From the NCBI GenBank assembly GCA_050949565.1, contig JBMNFY010000017.1, positions 896,001-960,000 of the forward strand: DNA of 64,000 nucleotides. The letters run 5' to 3'. Positions within the stretch are counted from its first letter, which is position 1. Every line of letters starts with the position of its first letter. The stretch comes from Kiritimatiellia bacterium. Lineage in GTDB: Bacteria; Verrucomicrobiota; Kiritimatiellia; RFP12; UBA1067. Made by a program: the position numbers and the translations under genes. Shown piece by piece: positions 33,048-43,174 of this stretch. The notes under the pieces were generated by a model. That model searched no databases and had not been told where the DNA came from. It saw only the letters and a program-made list of their open reading frames with translations.

Positions 33048-34184
33048 TCACTCCTCGACCGGGAAAGCGGGCGAGGTAAGCGAGGCACGTAACTCAGCCG
33101 CATGCGCGTAAATCGCGCGCTCCTCCTGCGGCGTGAAAAAGAGGTCGAGGTGGCCCACCGCCTCGGCCTCGTTGTCTGTTGAGTGCAGGGCGTTGTCTTT
33201 GTGGTAGAGCCGCCCCTCGCGCACAATCCGCTCGCGCAACTCAGGCTTGAAGAACTGGCGACTGTTGAGGACCAGCGGGTGCGCCTTGCTGCGTTCCTCA
33301 ACCGAGCGCCAGCACGGTTCCGGATCGAAGACCACCACCGCCACCACCGGCCAGCCGCCCCGCCGCCACTTGTTGCCGCGCATGTATTTCGCACGCGTCA
33401 GCCGCGTCAGCCAAGGGATGTCTTTGACGGCGAGCAATGTGTAGTGCTGGGCCAGTTCGTCGAGCATCATCTGCCGGAAACCTTTGCGCACCGCCTTGGC
33501 GCGCAACACGAACAGGTTGAGTTCGCCGGGGTGCTGCGCCGCCGTCAGCAGCGCGAAGAACCGGCTTTTGAAGAGGTGCTTGAACTGATTCTGCAGATAA
33601 CGCGCCGCTGTCTCAGCATCAATCGCGAAGCCCTGCTCTGCCAACAGGCGGTGCATGTCGAAGAGCGAGAGGTCGTACGGGCGTCCGAGCCGTTGCGCCA
33701 GTTCTTTCACGAAGCCGTAACGTTTGTACGCCCGGAAGGCGAGCGGATCTGTGGCGTCCGCACGGCAGGCCTCCGCCTTCTGGTAAGCGAGATGGTAGAG
33801 CAGCGAAACGTAGAGGTCGTCATCGCACGGCACGTAGAACGCATCCTGCCCGCGTACGCGGCGTTGCAGGATCGCATTAGCCAATGCGGCGGGAAAGTAA
33901 GCCCCGCCGACAAAGTCCGCGCCATGACCGGCCGTCACGCTGTAGAGATCGCACTTGATCCCCTGCCACTTCGGCACCCCGCGAAATGAGCGGGCAACCG
34001 CTTCGACCGCGCGGTCTTCAAGCAGGATGTCCATGTCATCCTTGCTGCCGCGCGCCGGACACTCGCCCATGTTGAGGTAGCCGCGTAACACCGCATAGGC
34101 GAAACCGTTCTCCTCAAGCCAACTGAAAAACTGCGCGGGATCTCGTAAATAGATTCTCATGGATTCTCTCAACGTGCGATTCAA
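33048..34184 (-). CDS. Hypothetical protein: nucleotidyltransferase-like N-terminus and NDK-like C-terminus
   Basis: YAVLRGY..DDMDILL; C-terminal NALHSTDNEAEAVGHLDLFF; overlaps the upstream gene. Confidence 0.6.
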   Translation of the reverse strand: MNRTLRESMRIYLRDPAQFFSWLEENGFAYAVLRGYLNMGECPARGSKDDMDILLEDRAVEAVARSFRGVPKWQGIKCDLYSVTAGHGADFVGGAYFPAALANAILQRRVRGQDAFYVPCDDDLYVSLLYHLAYQKAEACRADATDPLAFRAYKRYGFVKELAQRLGRPYDLSLFDMHRLLAEQGFAIDAETAARYLQNQFKHLFKSRFFALLTAAQHPGELNLFVLRAKAVRKGFRQMMLDELAQHYTLLAVKDIPWLTRLTRAKYMRGNKWRRGGWPVVAVVVFDPEPCWRSVEERSKAHPLVLNSRQFFKPELRERIVREGRLYHKDNALHSTDNEAEAVGHLDLFFTPQEERAIYAHAAELRASLTSPAFPVEE

Positions 34185-37100
34185 GGTAACGCAATAACGG
34201 ATTCCGGCTGGCCGGGAAGGTGCGTGACGATACGTACGGCCGCACCCGGCGCGCTTACCGGATAGAAGCTCGCCTCATACGGGAAGCGCTCGCAGACGCG
34301 GGTTTGACCGTCGCAGGTAAAGACCACGCGCGCGCCGGAAATCGGGTCGGCGGTGAGCACGGCGTAGACGGCGTCTTTGCCCCACGGCGAGCGGATCGTG
34401 AAAGCGTGGGCCGCGCCGAACGCACCGGCGGCAGCCGTGCGGTGCGAGGTGGCGAGCGGCTGCGACGCGGGGAAGACCGTGCGCGTGGCGGCGGGATAAC
34501 CGACCGTGACCATCGAGAGCGGCGCGATCTCGACCGTGAAGGCGCCCTCCTGCAACGCCGGAGCGGGACGGGCAGTAGCCTCCCGAGCCGCTTGGAACGG
34601 ATCGGCATTACCCTCGAACAGAAGGCCGTCGCCGGCGGTGACGCCGCTCTTTGCGGTATCGAGCTGCACGCGCACCGTGCGCCGCGCGCGCGTCTGATTC
34701 ATCAGCATCACCCAGAAACGGTCAGGGCTACGCGCCGCCAACCAGTCGGTTTGCAGGTCGGTCGTCACCAAGCCACGTTCCAGCCAGAGCACGGCGTTGC
34801 GGTCGCTGTAAACCGTTCCCGGTTCGGCGGTATAGACACGGTTGTTGAACCAAGCGTAGTTCTTCTGCTTGACCCATGGGAAGACGACCTGACCACCGGA
34901 ACGCGCCTCAGCATCGGCCACGAGGTAGTCCATGGCAAAGGCATAGTGTACCGGGATGTGGTGGTAGTAGATGCTGGTGATATCGGGACCGGTATAGGGA
35001 TAGCGAGGATCGTGGACGAGGTCGGTGAAACAGGTCAGGTAATAGCCCGGATAGTTCGCGAAGCGGCCGATCACGCTGTTGCGCGCGAAGGTCCGGAAGA
35101 GCGTGCGGTTGGTATGGCGGTAGACGCGCAGCAGATGCGGCGCCCAGGTCGATTGCATGATGTTGTTCATCGCACCGTTGAAGGCGGTGTAGGTCGAGGG
35201 CTGTTCAAGGCCGAGCCCAACCGGCGAGACTTGCCACGCGGGAACGCGGCGGGTCGGCGTATCGTTGGGTTGTCGTGGCCAGCCCAAGCGAAAGAGTTGG
35301 TCGTTCTTGTGCCAGATCCGGTGATAGGTAACCTGCGAGCCGTCGGGATGCACTGTCACCTCGCCTGCGGGTGCGCGCGGGTGCGACCACTGGCCGGCAA
35401 CAGTGTGGTACGCGCCCTCGACCGCCGCCGCGAGGTAGTTCGTGTCGCCGGTTGCCTCGAAGAGATCAACCACATCCCACCAATACGGATAGAAGCTGAT
35501 GTTGTAAAAGGCGCTGAAATCAATCGGCTGCGTTTGGCGTCCGTAGACCGCCTGGGCCAGCCATTCATTGGCGTCGGCCATGACGGCATCGAGGCGCACC
35601 AGATCCGGCGCGAGACGGTGCGCGGCCAGCATCTCGGTCCAAGGGGCTGAACTGTTGTAGCTGCGCGCATGGCGGAATTTTCCCTCGGGCAACGCAAATT
35701 CGCGGAGCCACGGATTGAGTCCGCCGGTAAGGCGCAGTGCGCCTTCCCAGCAGGTGGTGCCATAGAAAGTACCGGGTATCGCGATCTGCTGTTTGACCGG
35801 ACGGCCGACGCGGTTGGTCCCGCTCTGAAGAATGTCCGATCCTCTGCGGCTCAGCAAGAACTCAAGCGTGGGCAACGCACGCGCCTGCCAGAAGGTTTCG
35901 CTGCGCGACAACAACGCGGCCGAGAGTAGCACCAACGGTGCGGCATGCTTGCCCATGGTGGCACTCTCGATGTCATAGAAGCCACGGAGGTGGCTGTTCC
36001 AGCCGCCGAACTCGTCGTTCATCATCAGGTCGGTCATGTTGAGCACCGCATCGGTGAGCGAGGCACCGAGCGGCTCGCGGTAATCGGTGACCTTCAGGAT
36101 ATTCAGGCAACAGGCTTCCAGCGTCTCTTTCCAATCGGCGGGACGGGTCATGACACGCCAGTTGATGAGGCGCGTTTCACCGGCGGCGAGGTATGAACAC
36201 GGGCTTCCCAACACAGGGCTGAAGAAAGCGGGCTGCACCTGCGCACGACTGTTGAGCAGCGAGAAGCCGCACACCGCGTTGGTGGCGTTCGGCCACTCGA
36301 ACGGCAGGTCGGCCGGCTCAGCCGCGACCACGACCGAGAGCGGCGCACCGTCCGCCAGCCACGGCACCTGCGCCAGTGCCAACGGATGGGGCGTCAGGGT
36401 GTTGCACAACAGATCCGCCGTCGCCGGCAACCGCTGGAACTGATAGAGCGGCGGAAGTTGCACAAACGCGACCTGTTCGCGCGCGGTCGGCACGAAGGCG
36501 GAGAAGCCGAGCGCATATGAGCCTCCGTCCTTGGCAGTGAGGCGCGCCTGAACGCGCAGCGTGTAAGGGTCGTCGGGGTCGATACTCCAGCGCACCGGCA
36601 GTGCCTCGCCGTCCGCTGATTCGTAGCGCAGTTCGACCGACGCGGCATCGGCCGACAGCAACACACGCGGTACGAAACGGCATGCCGGCGCGGCGGCGTA
36701 AGGGTCGGTGGTCTGGCTGCTGGTTTCGATCGTCACATCGTTGAGCGTCACGCGGATCGGCGTGCGCGAGCCCTTCCAGAGCGCGACGCGCCGCAAGTCG
36801 GCACGCGCATCGGCAGCATACTGCACAAAGAGCGTTTCGTCGCCTGCCGCATCCGGCAGGTCCACCCACGCACCGTTTCTGAGCAAGCGGGTACGGCGCA
36901 CGATCCAAGGCTTGCCTTGCGGATCGCGGCCAGCCGCGAAGGTGACGCGCAGGACGGGCGTCTCCAGTCGCACAAGCGTTTTAGCCTCCGTGCAATCCAC
37001 AGCCACCGTATTGAACGCCTCGGAACCGGCAAGCAGCACCGTTTTCGGACGGACGCGGAGGCGGCTCAGTTGGGCACCGGACAGGGTGCCGGGGTCTTTG

Positions 37101-37567
37101 TCCGTGCGGGTGATGAAGATCGCATCACAACGTCCATAGTTGCGCGCGGTGTCGTGCAAGGACAGCAGATGATCGCCCGTAGCGAGCGTGCGCTTGCCGA
37201 GGAGTTGCCACGCGAAGCCTTCGCGGCCATGCGTACCGGCCTCTTTCTCAAACGCGACATTGTTGACTCGGAGGGCGAAACGCCGCGTTTTCGGACGGTC
37301 ATGAGCGAAATCGCGCGAGCGCACCCAGAAGGCGTATTCAGCGTCAGCATCCAGCGTAATACGCGTGACGGCGTCAAACCGGCCGTCGCGTGCGTCTTGG
37401 GACACCAGCAGAAAGGCGCGGCCAGAGGCGGCGGTGTCACCGTTTTTCGTCCATGCGCCGTAAAACTGAAAATCCTCCGCCTCGATCAACATCGCATCTG
37501 CAGCGCGCAGTCCTTGGACCACCATCATTGTCACGGCCACAAGCAGGCCTCTCGCAAACGCATTCAT
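34181..37567 (-). CDS. Large secreted hypothetical protein, possibly carbohydrate-active
   Basis: 1128 aa; signal peptide; N-terminal IEAEDF CBM-like module; aromatic-rich helical core. Confidence 0.7.
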   Translation of the reverse strand: MNAFARGLLVAVTMMVVQGLRAADAMLIEAEDFQFYGAWTKNGDTAASGRAFLLVSQDARDGRFDAVTRITLDADAEYAFWVRSRDFAHDRPKTRRFALRVNNVAFEKEAGTHGREGFAWQLLGKRTLATGDHLLSLHDTARNYGRCDAIFITRTDKDPGTLSGAQLSRLRVRPKTVLLAGSEAFNTVAVDCTEAKTLVRLETPVLRVTFAAGRDPQGKPWIVRRTRLLRNGAWVDLPDAAGDETLFVQYAADARADLRRVALWKGSRTPIRVTLNDVTIETSSQTTDPYAAAPACRFVPRVLLSADAASVELRYESADGEALPVRWSIDPDDPYTLRVQARLTAKDGGSYALGFSAFVPTAREQVAFVQLPPLYQFQRLPATADLLCNTLTPHPLALAQVPWLADGAPLSVVVAAEPADLPFEWPNATNAVCGFSLLNSRAQVQPAFFSPVLGSPCSYLAAGETRLINWRVMTRPADWKETLEACCLNILKVTDYREPLGASLTDAVLNMTDLMMNDEFGGWNSHLRGFYDIESATMGKHAAPLVLLSAALLSRSETFWQARALPTLEFLLSRRGSDILQSGTNRVGRPVKQQIAIPGTFYGTTCWEGALRLTGGLNPWLREFALPEGKFRHARSYNSSAPWTEMLAAHRLAPDLVRLDAVMADANEWLAQAVYGRQTQPIDFSAFYNISFYPYWWDVVDLFEATGDTNYLAAAVEGAYHTVAGQWSHPRAPAGEVTVHPDGSQVTYHRIWHKNDQLFRLGWPRQPNDTPTRRVPAWQVSPVGLGLEQPSTYTAFNGAMNNIMQSTWAPHLLRVYRHTNRTLFRTFARNSVIGRFANYPGYYLTCFTDLVHDPRYPYTGPDITSIYYHHIPVHYAFAMDYLVADAEARSGGQVVFPWVKQKNYAWFNNRVYTAEPGTVYSDRNAVLWLERGLVTTDLQTDWLAARSPDRFWVMLMNQTRARRTVRVQLDTAKSGVTAGDGLLFEGNADPFQAAREATARPAPALQEGAFTVEIAPLSMVTVGYPAATRTVFPASQPLATSHRTAAAGAFGAAHAFTIRSPWGKDAVYAVLTADPISGARVVFTCDGQTRVCERFPYEASFYPVSAPGAAVRIVTHLPGQPESVIALP

Positions 37568-37672
37568 CTTTCATCCTCCACAAACCATCCGTCCGTCGCT
37601 CTCCTATCCGGCTGTAATCATGCCAGAAGCCCGCGCGATCAGCGAGACCAAAAGTCCGTGCCAGCGCCCCCA

Positions 37673-38275
37673 CTATTCGCTATCCGTACTTCCCGCCAGT
37701 TCACGGTGGCGGAAGCAATCGACCGTGTGATCATTCACCATGCCGACGGCCTGCATCAGCGAGTAGCAGATGGTTGAGCCGACAAAGGCAAAGCCAAGCC
37801 GTTTGAGATCGCGGCTCATCAGGTCTGACGTGTGCGTCCGCGCGGGGACCTCCTCCGGCCGCCGCCAGGCATTCTGCTGCGGCGTGCCATCCACGTAGCG
37901 CCAAAGAAAAGCGTCGAGCGAACCGTGCGTCTCCATAATGCCAAGCACGCCGCGCGCGTTGCGAATCGCGGCGGCGATCTTGAGTCGGTTACGCACGATA
38001 CCGGGGTCGGCCAACAGGCGTGCTGTGTCGGCCTCACCGTAACGGGCAACGCGCGCGACATCGAAATCGTGGAACGCCGCGCGGTAGTTCTCGCGTTTGC
38101 GCAGAATCGTCAGCCAACTCAATCCAGCCTGTGCGCCTTCGAGGATCAGGAATTCGAACAACCGCCGATCGTCGTGCAGCGGCACCCCCCACTCGCGGTC
38201 GTGATACGCCTGATACAACGGATCGTTCCCGCACCAAACGCAACGGACAATACGCACCCTATCGGCCTCGTTCAT
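37673..38275 (-). CDS. tag: DNA-3-methyladenine glycosylase I
   Basis: RCVW, YHDREWG, EGAQAGLSW and MQAVGMVNDH..CF; ATGA overlap with the GH5 stop. Confidence 0.95.
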   Translation of the reverse strand: MNEADRVRIVRCVWCGNDPLYQAYHDREWGVPLHDDRRLFEFLILEGAQAGLSWLTILRKRENYRAAFHDFDVARVARYGEADTARLLADPGIVRNRLKIAAAIRNARGVLGIMETHGSLDAFLWRYVDGTPQQNAWRRPEEVPARTHTSDLMSRDLKRLGFAFVGSTICYSLMQAVGMVNDHTVDCFRHRELAGSTDSE

Positions 38276-39855
38276 CGCGTCGCTTTGCGGTTGAGGTCGA
38301 ACCACTTCCGGATCACCTTCTGGCGCTCCGGCGGCATTGCGACCGGTTGTGTGTCGGCTTCGTTGTCGCTATGCTCTAGGCTCCAGCCGCTCCATTCACG
38401 GAAAGCGTGGTATGACCAGTCCCAGCCATACTCTTCAAAAATCTCGGTGACATCCTGTAGATAACGCGCGGCGCCCTGACCCCAGCGGATCGCGCTGAAT
38501 TCGCCGATGTAGATGGGCACGTTGTAGGCCAGTTGAAAGTCCCGTACCGGTTGCAGTTCGCGTCGCAGCGCCTCTTTATCGTAATGCCGTCCGTCGATCA
38601 TACCGGGATAAGCCCAACGTGCCTTGGCACCATGCACGCCCTGATGCGTGTAGGCATGAGGACGGTACATGTGCGCTTGGTATACGATGACGCCCGGCAC
38701 CTTCATCGGACGGACGAAGTTGAAGCCGCCGGGGTCGTCCCACTGATCCACCTCCACCGTGATGGCCGTGTCGGGATCAATCTCGCGGATCGCCCGCGCG
38801 GCGCGCTCCTGCAACGTCCAGTAGTTGTCACAGCCTTCGGGTGAAGGCCGGTTCTGGCACGGCTCGTTGATCAGGTCATACGCCCAGACCATCGGATGAC
38901 CGACGTAACGCCGCGCGATATGCCGCCATACCTCGACAAAAAAATCGGCGTACTCGGGCTCAAAGAACATGCGCATGCTCTTGTCCTCATACCGCCCGCC
39001 CGGCGGCGTATGCAGATCGATACACACCAAGATACCGAGCTTCTCACAGTCGACCAAGATCTTATCCAGCGTAGCGAGGCTGCTGTCGATCCACTGCATG
39101 AAATCCGCCTTGTCGCGGTTGACGTCGCCCACGGCATCCCAGTTGCGCGTCATCTGGTAGCGGATCAGATTCGCGTTCCATGCGGCGAGCGTTTTGAGAG
39201 CCTCCGGGTCATACGTCTGCCGGATCATGGCACCACGCAGGCGGTCGATCCCGTCGTGGCCGGCCGAGACCAGCGGCGGATCACGCATCGGCGGCGGATG
39301 CTTGATACGCTGCCGCGGATCAAGAGTAAGGGTCAAGTTGTCGACCCAGACCGTGCCCGTGCTGTCCTGCAAGCCGATGTTCAATAGCGCGTCGCCAATG
39401 TCTTCGGGCACCTCGAACCAGCCGGTGCGCCGGCTCCAGTCGCTGCTCCCCGTGGGACACGCGACTTGCGGCCAGTGCTTACCGGTCGCGGGCGTCTCGA
39501 AACTGAGCATGCACTTCACGCCGTTCCAGCGGTCTGGCGGAACGGAGACGTCTTCCTGCCGGATGTCGGCTTGCCAGATCACCCGTTTGCCGGCGTACGG
39601 CCTGAGATCGAACGGCGCGGTCACCGCAACCGTGCCGGGGGCACGGCCTGGCCGCTGCGGATTCACGACCTCCAGCACGTAGCCGCGCCCCTCCACCTGT
39701 ACCCAGCGCGCATGCGGCGGCAACTTGAAAGCCGCACGCGCGTCCTCAGCCTCAAACGTTTCGCGGTAACCCCCGCCCGGCAGGGTCTCGCCCGCCTGAA
39801 CGAGCAACGCGCACCCTGCGGCTGCCACCGCCATCCATACGCTTTGCCGCCGCAT
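38272..39855 (-). CDS. GH5 family glycoside hydrolase with an N-terminal CBM-like domain
   Basis: IDLH, YDLINEP, HMY, YIGEF and WSYH clan GH-A motifs. Confidence 0.88.
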   Translation of the reverse strand: MRRQSVWMAVAAAGCALLVQAGETLPGGGYRETFEAEDARAAFKLPPHARWVQVEGRGYVLEVVNPQRPGRAPGTVAVTAPFDLRPYAGKRVIWQADIRQEDVSVPPDRWNGVKCMLSFETPATGKHWPQVACPTGSSDWSRRTGWFEVPEDIGDALLNIGLQDSTGTVWVDNLTLTLDPRQRIKHPPPMRDPPLVSAGHDGIDRLRGAMIRQTYDPEALKTLAAWNANLIRYQMTRNWDAVGDVNRDKADFMQWIDSSLATLDKILVDCEKLGILVCIDLHTPPGGRYEDKSMRMFFEPEYADFFVEVWRHIARRYVGHPMVWAYDLINEPCQNRPSPEGCDNYWTLQERAARAIREIDPDTAITVEVDQWDDPGGFNFVRPMKVPGVIVYQAHMYRPHAYTHQGVHGAKARWAYPGMIDGRHYDKEALRRELQPVRDFQLAYNVPIYIGEFSAIRWGQGAARYLQDVTEIFEEYGWDWSYHAFREWSGWSLEHSDNEADTQPVAMPPERQKVIRKWFDLNRKATR

Positions 39856-39867
39856 CCGTCTTCTCGC

Positions 39868-42276
39868 TCAGTTGGCCACAAGGCCCAATGCGCGTTGGAC
39901 GATCGGCGCGAATTTGATGATCAACGGCGTGAAGACGATCGCCACCATGCTCATCAGCTTGATCAGGATGTTGAGCGAGGGGCCGCAGGTATCCTTGCAA
40001 GGATCGCCCACAGTATCGCCAATAACCGCCGCGCTATGCGCGGGATTCTTGCTGCCATCCTCCAGAAACTTACCGCCAAAGTTCCCTTTCTCGATATGCT
40101 TCTTGGCATTGTCCCAAGCGCCGCCGGCATTGTTCAGCATGCAGGCCAGCGCGAATCCAGTGGTGAGCCCGCCCGCCAGCAGTCCCATGACACCGGATAT
40201 GCCGAGCACCAGCCCCACAAAGACCGGCACGCAAATCGCCAACAGCGAAGGCAGCAACATCTCGCGCTGCGCACCCAGGGTCGAAATCGCCACACAACGC
40301 GCGTAGTCCGGCTTGTCGGTGCCATTCATGATGCCGGGCAGTGCTTTGAACTGGCGGCGCACCTCCTCCACCATCGCACCGGCGGCGCGGCCCACGGCCT
40401 TCATCGACATCGCGCAGAAGACGAACGCCATCATAGCGCCAATGAAGATGCCGCATAGCAGGAAGGGATTAAGGATACTGAGATCAAGCAGTTCGATAAA
40501 GAAGCGCAGTTTGTCGGGTGCCGCCGTGTAGGCCGCCAAATCGAAGGACACCGCACCCTTTGCGGCCAGTTTGCGCGTCCAGACGTCCACCTCCTGCACT
40601 TCGGCCGCGAGTAACGCCATGGCGGTCAGCGCAGCCGAGCCAATCGCAAAGCCCTTGCCCGTGGCGGCCGTGGTGTTGCCGAGCATGTCCAGCGCGTCGG
40701 TGCGCTCGCGCACCTGCGGCGGTAAGTGCGCCATCTCCGCGTTGCCGCCGGCATTGTCGGCGATCGGTCCGTAGGCGTCAGTCGCCAGCGTGATGCCCAA
40801 CGTAGCCAGCATGCCCACCGCCGCGAACGCAATGCCGTAGAGACCAGCCATCGTATCTTGGAAGCCACCAGCCAAGCCGAAGGCACAGATGATCGCGAAC
40901 ACCACGGTCACGACCGGCACCAGCGCCGACATCATGCCGACCGCCAAGCCATCGATGATCACCGTGGCCGGGCCCATCTTCGCCTGCCGCGCCACTCCCT
41001 GCGTGGGCTTATACTCGTCCGAGGTGTAGTACTCGGTTGAATAGCCGATGATCACGCCCGCGATCAGCCCCGCGATCACCGCGCCGAAAACGCCCCATGT
41101 GATAACACCGACCGCAGCCAGCACGGCTGCCGCCACCACGATCAACGCAGAACTCCCCCAAGTGCCCAGACGTAGCGCCTTGAGCAACCCCATCATGCTC
41201 GCCTTGTCGTTATTGCAGCGCACGGCGAAGATACCGGCCACCGAGAGCACAATGCCAATGCCCGCAATGACCATCGGCGCGATGACCGCGTCCACCCCCG
41301 TCAACGCACAAGTCGCAGGCAGGCACGCACCCAGCGCCGCCGTCGAGAGAAGCGTACCGCAATATGACTCATAGAGGTCGGCACCCATGCCCGCCACATC
41401 ACCCACGTTGTCGCCGACGTTGTCCGCGATGGTCGCGGGATTGCGCGGGTCATCCTCGGGGATACCGGACTCGACCTTACCGACGAGATCCGCGCCGACA
41501 TCCGCCGCCTTGGTGTAGATGCCGCCGCCCACGCGCGCAAACAGCGCCTGCGTGGAGGCGCCCATGCCGAAGGTCAGCATGGTCGTCGTAATTTCAGCCA
41601 GCCTGTCGGCCGGATTCATGCCCGGGTGCACCAGCCAGACATCGCGCCAAATGTTGCCGAAGCCGTTCTGCATGTGCTCGGTCGTGTAGACCAGACGATC
41701 GAGAATCCAGTACCACAGCGAGATGTCCAACAGGCCGAAGCCGACCACGACCAGCCCCATCACCGCACCCGAACGGAAGGCCACCTGCAGACCGCGGTTC
41801 AGGCTCTCGCTGGCGCCCTGCGCCGTGCGCGACGACGCATGCGTCGCGGTCTTCATGCCGAGGAAGCCGCAAAGGCCGGAGAAAAAGCCGCCGGTCAGAA
41901 ACGCCACCGGCACGAACGGATTCTGCACGCCCAGCAAGGCCAGCACAGCAAAGATCAAAAAGAGAATCACAAAAACCACACCGACGCGGCTGTACTGCTG
42001 ACGCAGATAAGCCATCGCGCCCTCACGCACATACCCTGCGATCTCCACCATGCGCTCGTTGCCGGAAGGGGCCCGCATCATCTGCTTGTAAAAGTACACG
42101 GCCATGACCAACGCCAACAGCGAACCCACAGGCGCGACCCACCAGATGAGCGGCGTGCCACCGGACGCCGTCGCGGCTGTCGCGACACCGGATGCTGCTT
42201 GAGCATGAGCGAAACCGGCCAGACTCAGGCCGGCACCGAGCAAAAAAACTTTACGAACTAACATGTTGTTCTCCAT
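39868..42276 (-). CDS. hppA: Membrane-bound K+-dependent ion-translocating pyrophosphatase, probably Na+-pumping
   Basis: [26 protein letters not shown] (Ala marks the K+-dependent type), GGAWDNAKK and GDTVGDP. Confidence 0.95.
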   Translation of the reverse strand: MENNMLVRKVFLLGAGLSLAGFAHAQAASGVATAATASGGTPLIWWVAPVGSLLALVMAVYFYKQMMRAPSGNERMVEIAGYVREGAMAYLRQQYSRVGVVFVILFLIFAVLALLGVQNPFVPVAFLTGGFFSGLCGFLGMKTATHASSRTAQGASESLNRGLQVAFRSGAVMGLVVVGFGLLDISLWYWILDRLVYTTEHMQNGFGNIWRDVWLVHPGMNPADRLAEITTTMLTFGMGASTQALFARVGGGIYTKAADVGADLVGKVESGIPEDDPRNPATIADNVGDNVGDVAGMGADLYESYCGTLLSTAALGACLPATCALTGVDAVIAPMVIAGIGIVLSVAGIFAVRCNNDKASMMGLLKALRLGTWGSSALIVVAAAVLAAVGVITWGVFGAVIAGLIAGVIIGYSTEYYTSDEYKPTQGVARQAKMGPATVIIDGLAVGMMSALVPVVTVVFAIICAFGLAGGFQDTMAGLYGIAFAAVGMLATLGITLATDAYGPIADNAGGNAEMAHLPPQVRERTDALDMLGNTTAATGKGFAIGSAALTAMALLAAEVQEVDVWTRKLAAKGAVSFDLAAYTAAPDKLRFFIELLDLSILNPFLLCGIFIGAMMAFVFCAMSMKAVGRAAGAMVEEVRRQFKALPGIMNGTDKPDYARCVAISTLGAQREMLLPSLLAICVPVFVGLVLGISGVMGLLAGGLTTGFALACMLNNAGGAWDNAKKHIEKGNFGGKFLEDGSKNPAHSAAVIGDTVGDPCKDTCGPSLNILIKLMSMVAIVFTPLIIKFAPIVQRALGLVAN

Positions 42277-42373
42277 CCTGTTCGCGTTTCTCTGACACCT
42301 CGCGCGTCGCGCGCGCCGTTTCAGAGCGATTCCAATGTTCACGCCATCATCATTTCTCTTTTCTGGCGCTTTG

Positions 42374-42790
42374 TCAATCGCGCATCCCATCGTCGGCACG
42401 TTCCAGATCCCAGAGCTGACGGGGGGTCAATATTCGAAGATGGCCGACCTGCTTCAACCCGAGGATTTCCTTGTCACCGGTAACGAGGACGTCCGCGCCG
42501 CCATTGAGAGCAGAGGACACAATAGCGATGTCAGCAGGATCACTGAGCGGCAACGCTGCGAGCGGAAACGCATTCGCCATGACCGTGTCCTGCCGCAAGA
42601 GCCAGACGAGGTCATCGATCAGACTCGGTGGGGCGCGAAATTTATCGCCAAGAATACGTCTGACCTCTTCAATAAGGTGATCGGAAACGATCAAATCATG
42701 GGAAGCGATTACGGTGCGAAAAAGATCCGCACAAAGTCCACGAGTGGCAGTAGCGCTCGCGATCACGTTGGTGTCGAGAAAAATTCTCAT
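42374..42790 (-). CDS. PIN-domain toxin (VapC-like)
   Basis: IFLDTNV, DPAD and VTGDKE acidic motifs; ATGA overlap with the antitoxin. Confidence 0.9.
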   Translation of the reverse strand: MRIFLDTNVIASATATRGLCADLFRTVIASHDLIVSDHLIEEVRRILGDKFRAPPSLIDDLVWLLRQDTVMANAFPLAALPLSDPADIAIVSSALNGGADVLVTGDKEILGLKQVGHLRILTPRQLWDLERADDGMRD

Positions 42791-43008
42791 GATTGATCGG
42801 AGAAGACATCCTCGTCAGTCAGGAACCCTCTGGCCTCGGCAAAGGGCATCATCCGCCGTCGCACGGCCTCAAACTGAGTCAGACGAAGCTGGCGGCGCAA
42901 AGCGTCGCGTGCCACTTCGCTGCGACTGCGACCAATCTGGCGACTGACCTTGCCAAGAAGCTGGTCCAGATCAGCGTCTAAACGAATACTAAGCGTCGCT
43001 GTTTTCAT
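42787..43008 (-). CDS. CopG/ribbon-helix-helix antitoxin
   Basis: MKTATLSIRLD..SRSEVARDALRR, 73 aa; TGTAATACA operator-like palindrome just upstream. Confidence 0.88.
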   Translation of the reverse strand: MKTATLSIRLDADLDQLLGKVSRQIGRSRSEVARDALRRQLRLTQFEAVRRRMMPFAEARGFLTDEDVFSDQS

Positions 43009-43063
43009 GTTAGACAATGTATTACAATCGACCCGTTTTGTCAAGCGCACAAGCGCGGTTTTT

Positions 43064-43113
43064 GGGGGGGAGGACAAACGCCCCGGAATATGCAACAATG
43101 TTCCCGCTCGTTT
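43064..43113 (+). promoter_or_regulatory. Conserved upstream motif: G-tract plus GACAAAC-r-CCCCGGAAT-r-TGC-r-ACAAT (copy 1)
   Basis: Second copy at 49489-49539; ACAA half-sites 21 bp apart. Confidence 0.6.
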
Positions 43114-43174
43114 GAGGCATAGGAAATGATGTGGAATGAGCTTTAGTAAAACGTAAACCGAAAGGAGACGGTCC

